From: a virus
Lineage: Duplodnaviria > Caudoviricetes
Virus record (IMG/VR): IMGVR_UViG_3300017716_002150
Location: 1 to 34,702 of that record
Length of the DNA stretch: 34,702 bases
Reading direction: 5' to 3' (one strand)
This document shows, in pieces, positions 33,686-34,702 of this stretch. How positions within the stretch are numbered: the first letter of the stretch is position 1; each line of letters starts with the position of its first letter. The position numbers and the translations under genes were made by a program. The notes under the pieces are model-generated. The model made no database searches. It was not told the DNA's origin and saw only the letters and a list, made by a program, of their open reading frames with translations.

Positions 33686-34294
33686 ATGAAATCGAAATAT
33701 AGCAAGAGAAAAAACTTAATCCTAACTGACTGTGATGGCGTATGCCTTGACTGGGAGTGGGCCTTTAATGTTTGGATGCAGGAACACGGCTTTGAGGAAG
33801 TGGCTGGTAGCAAACTCAACTATGACATGAGCATACGCTACGGCATTCCTAGAGAACAAGTGGTCAAACTCATACGCATCTTCAATGAAAGTGCTGCCAT
33901 AGGATTCTTACCAGCACAGCGCGATGCCATGTACTACATCAAACGATTGCACGAAGAACACGGCTACAGATTTCATGCTATCACCAGCTTGAGTCTAGAT
34001 CCTAATGCTCAGAAATTGCGTGAAATGAACATTCACAAACTATTTGGTGATGCATTTGAAAGAATTGTGTGCTTGGACACTGGTGCCCATAAAGACGAAG
34101 CCTTAGAAGAATATGAAGGCACTGGCTTTTGGTGGATTGAAGATAAAGTGGAAAATGCTGAGGCCGGCTACAAGGCAGGATTAAAACCTCTGCTTGTAGA
34201 ACACGGCCACAACATGCACTACTATCACGAACATGTGACCATCGTAAAAAACTGGAAGCACATTTACGAAGTGGTCACTGGTCAGTCGGCATAA
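33686..34294 (+). CDS. HAD-superfamily 5'(3')-deoxyribonucleotidase-like phosphatase
   Basis: LILTDCDGV motif I, ITS motif II, K, WIEDK motif IV. Confidence 0.82.
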   Translation: MKSKYSKRKNLILTDCDGVCLDWEWAFNVWMQEHGFEEVAGSKLNYDMSIRYGIPREQVVKLIRIFNESAAIGFLPAQRDAMYYIKRLHEEHGYRFHAITSLSLDPNAQKLREMNIHKLFGDAFERIVCLDTGAHKDEALEEYEGTGFWWIEDKVENAEAGYKAGLKPLLVEHGHNMHYYHEHVTIVKNWKHIYEVVTGQSA

Positions 34295-34702
34295 AGGCGT
34301 AACACAGAATCAATGATCTTGTGTCGCTGTATGTCGCGATTATCTAAATCGCATACAGCAATGCCCTTTACACCTCCTTCCTGCAGTCTTTGGCATAGGT
34401 CCAAGAGGCCATTGTTGCCGCGGTTGCGATCCGCCTGTTCTACGTCGCCCGTGATTACTATCTTACTACCTTCGCCAATACGGGTCATTAGCATTTTTAC
34501 TTGATTGGGTGTGGCATTTTGCATTTCGTCTGCAATAATAAAAGCACCCTTGAAAGTACGCCCACGCATAAATGCCAAGGGCGCAATTTCGATCACTTGA
34601 TCGGCGATCATAGCGGCTATATCGGGTTGACGATAATATTCACGCAAGATATCTGTTAATGGCCGTACCCACGGATCCATCTTTTGATTCAAGTCGCCGG
34701 GC
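34282..34702 (-). CDS. phoH: PhoH-family ATPase (5'-partial, runs off the window)
   Basis: PGDL..K.DP, IEIAPLAFMRGRTF, IIADEMQN, TRIGEGSK..ITGD..Q.D. Confidence 0.93.
   Translation of the reverse strand, partial: PGDLNQKMDPWVRPLTDILREYYRQPDIAAMIADQVIEIAPLAFMRGRTFKGAFIIADEMQNATPNQVKMLMTRIGEGSKIVITGDVEQADRNRGNNGLLDLCQRLQEGGVKGIAVCDLDNRDIQRHKIIDSVLRLYAD

Noticed and set aside
1-34702. Stop-codon reassignment, as in some large phages
   Set aside because: Conserved proteins (PstS, IF-1, ErpA, clamp loader) are full-length in the standard code, and TAA, TAG and TGA all occur at natural gene ends
1-34702. CRISPR array, transposase, integrase, intron or intein
   Set aside because: No regularly spaced repeats or diagnostic motifs seen by eye; the dispersed repeats are promoters

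Overview
This is a 34.7-kb fragment of a large tailed dsDNA phage (Caudoviricetes with T4-like features). Genes are densely packed, almost all on the + strand, and use the standard genetic code. The host-like genes (PstS, short rubrerythrin, ErpA) look proteobacterial, so a Betaproteobacteria-type host is a tentative inference. The left part holds small accessory genes behind near-consensus sigma70 promoters, several of them leaderless. Next come a ParB/DGQHR-like + HNH-like + ABC-ATPase/GNAT operon, a rubredoxin-rubrerythrin unit with an OxyR-like box, and a Pho-box-flanked pstS + PlcP-like phosphoesterase + GT4 glycosyltransferase cassette (putative phage-driven phospholipid-to-glycolipid remodelling). 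The middle holds three radical SAM enzymes, a ~280-nt highly structured non-coding leader before tandem SleB-like hydrolases, IF-1, SOD and ErpA. The right part holds virion proteins (gp9/gp10-like motif, Ig-like repeats), a truncated DnaE-like fragment, GroES-like, a clamp-loader subunit, an HAD nucleotidase and a partial convergent phoH. Several real ORFs under 60 aa that the track misses were found by hand translation. No tRNA, rRNA, CRISPR array or transposase was seen. All family calls come from motif recognition by eye, not database searches.
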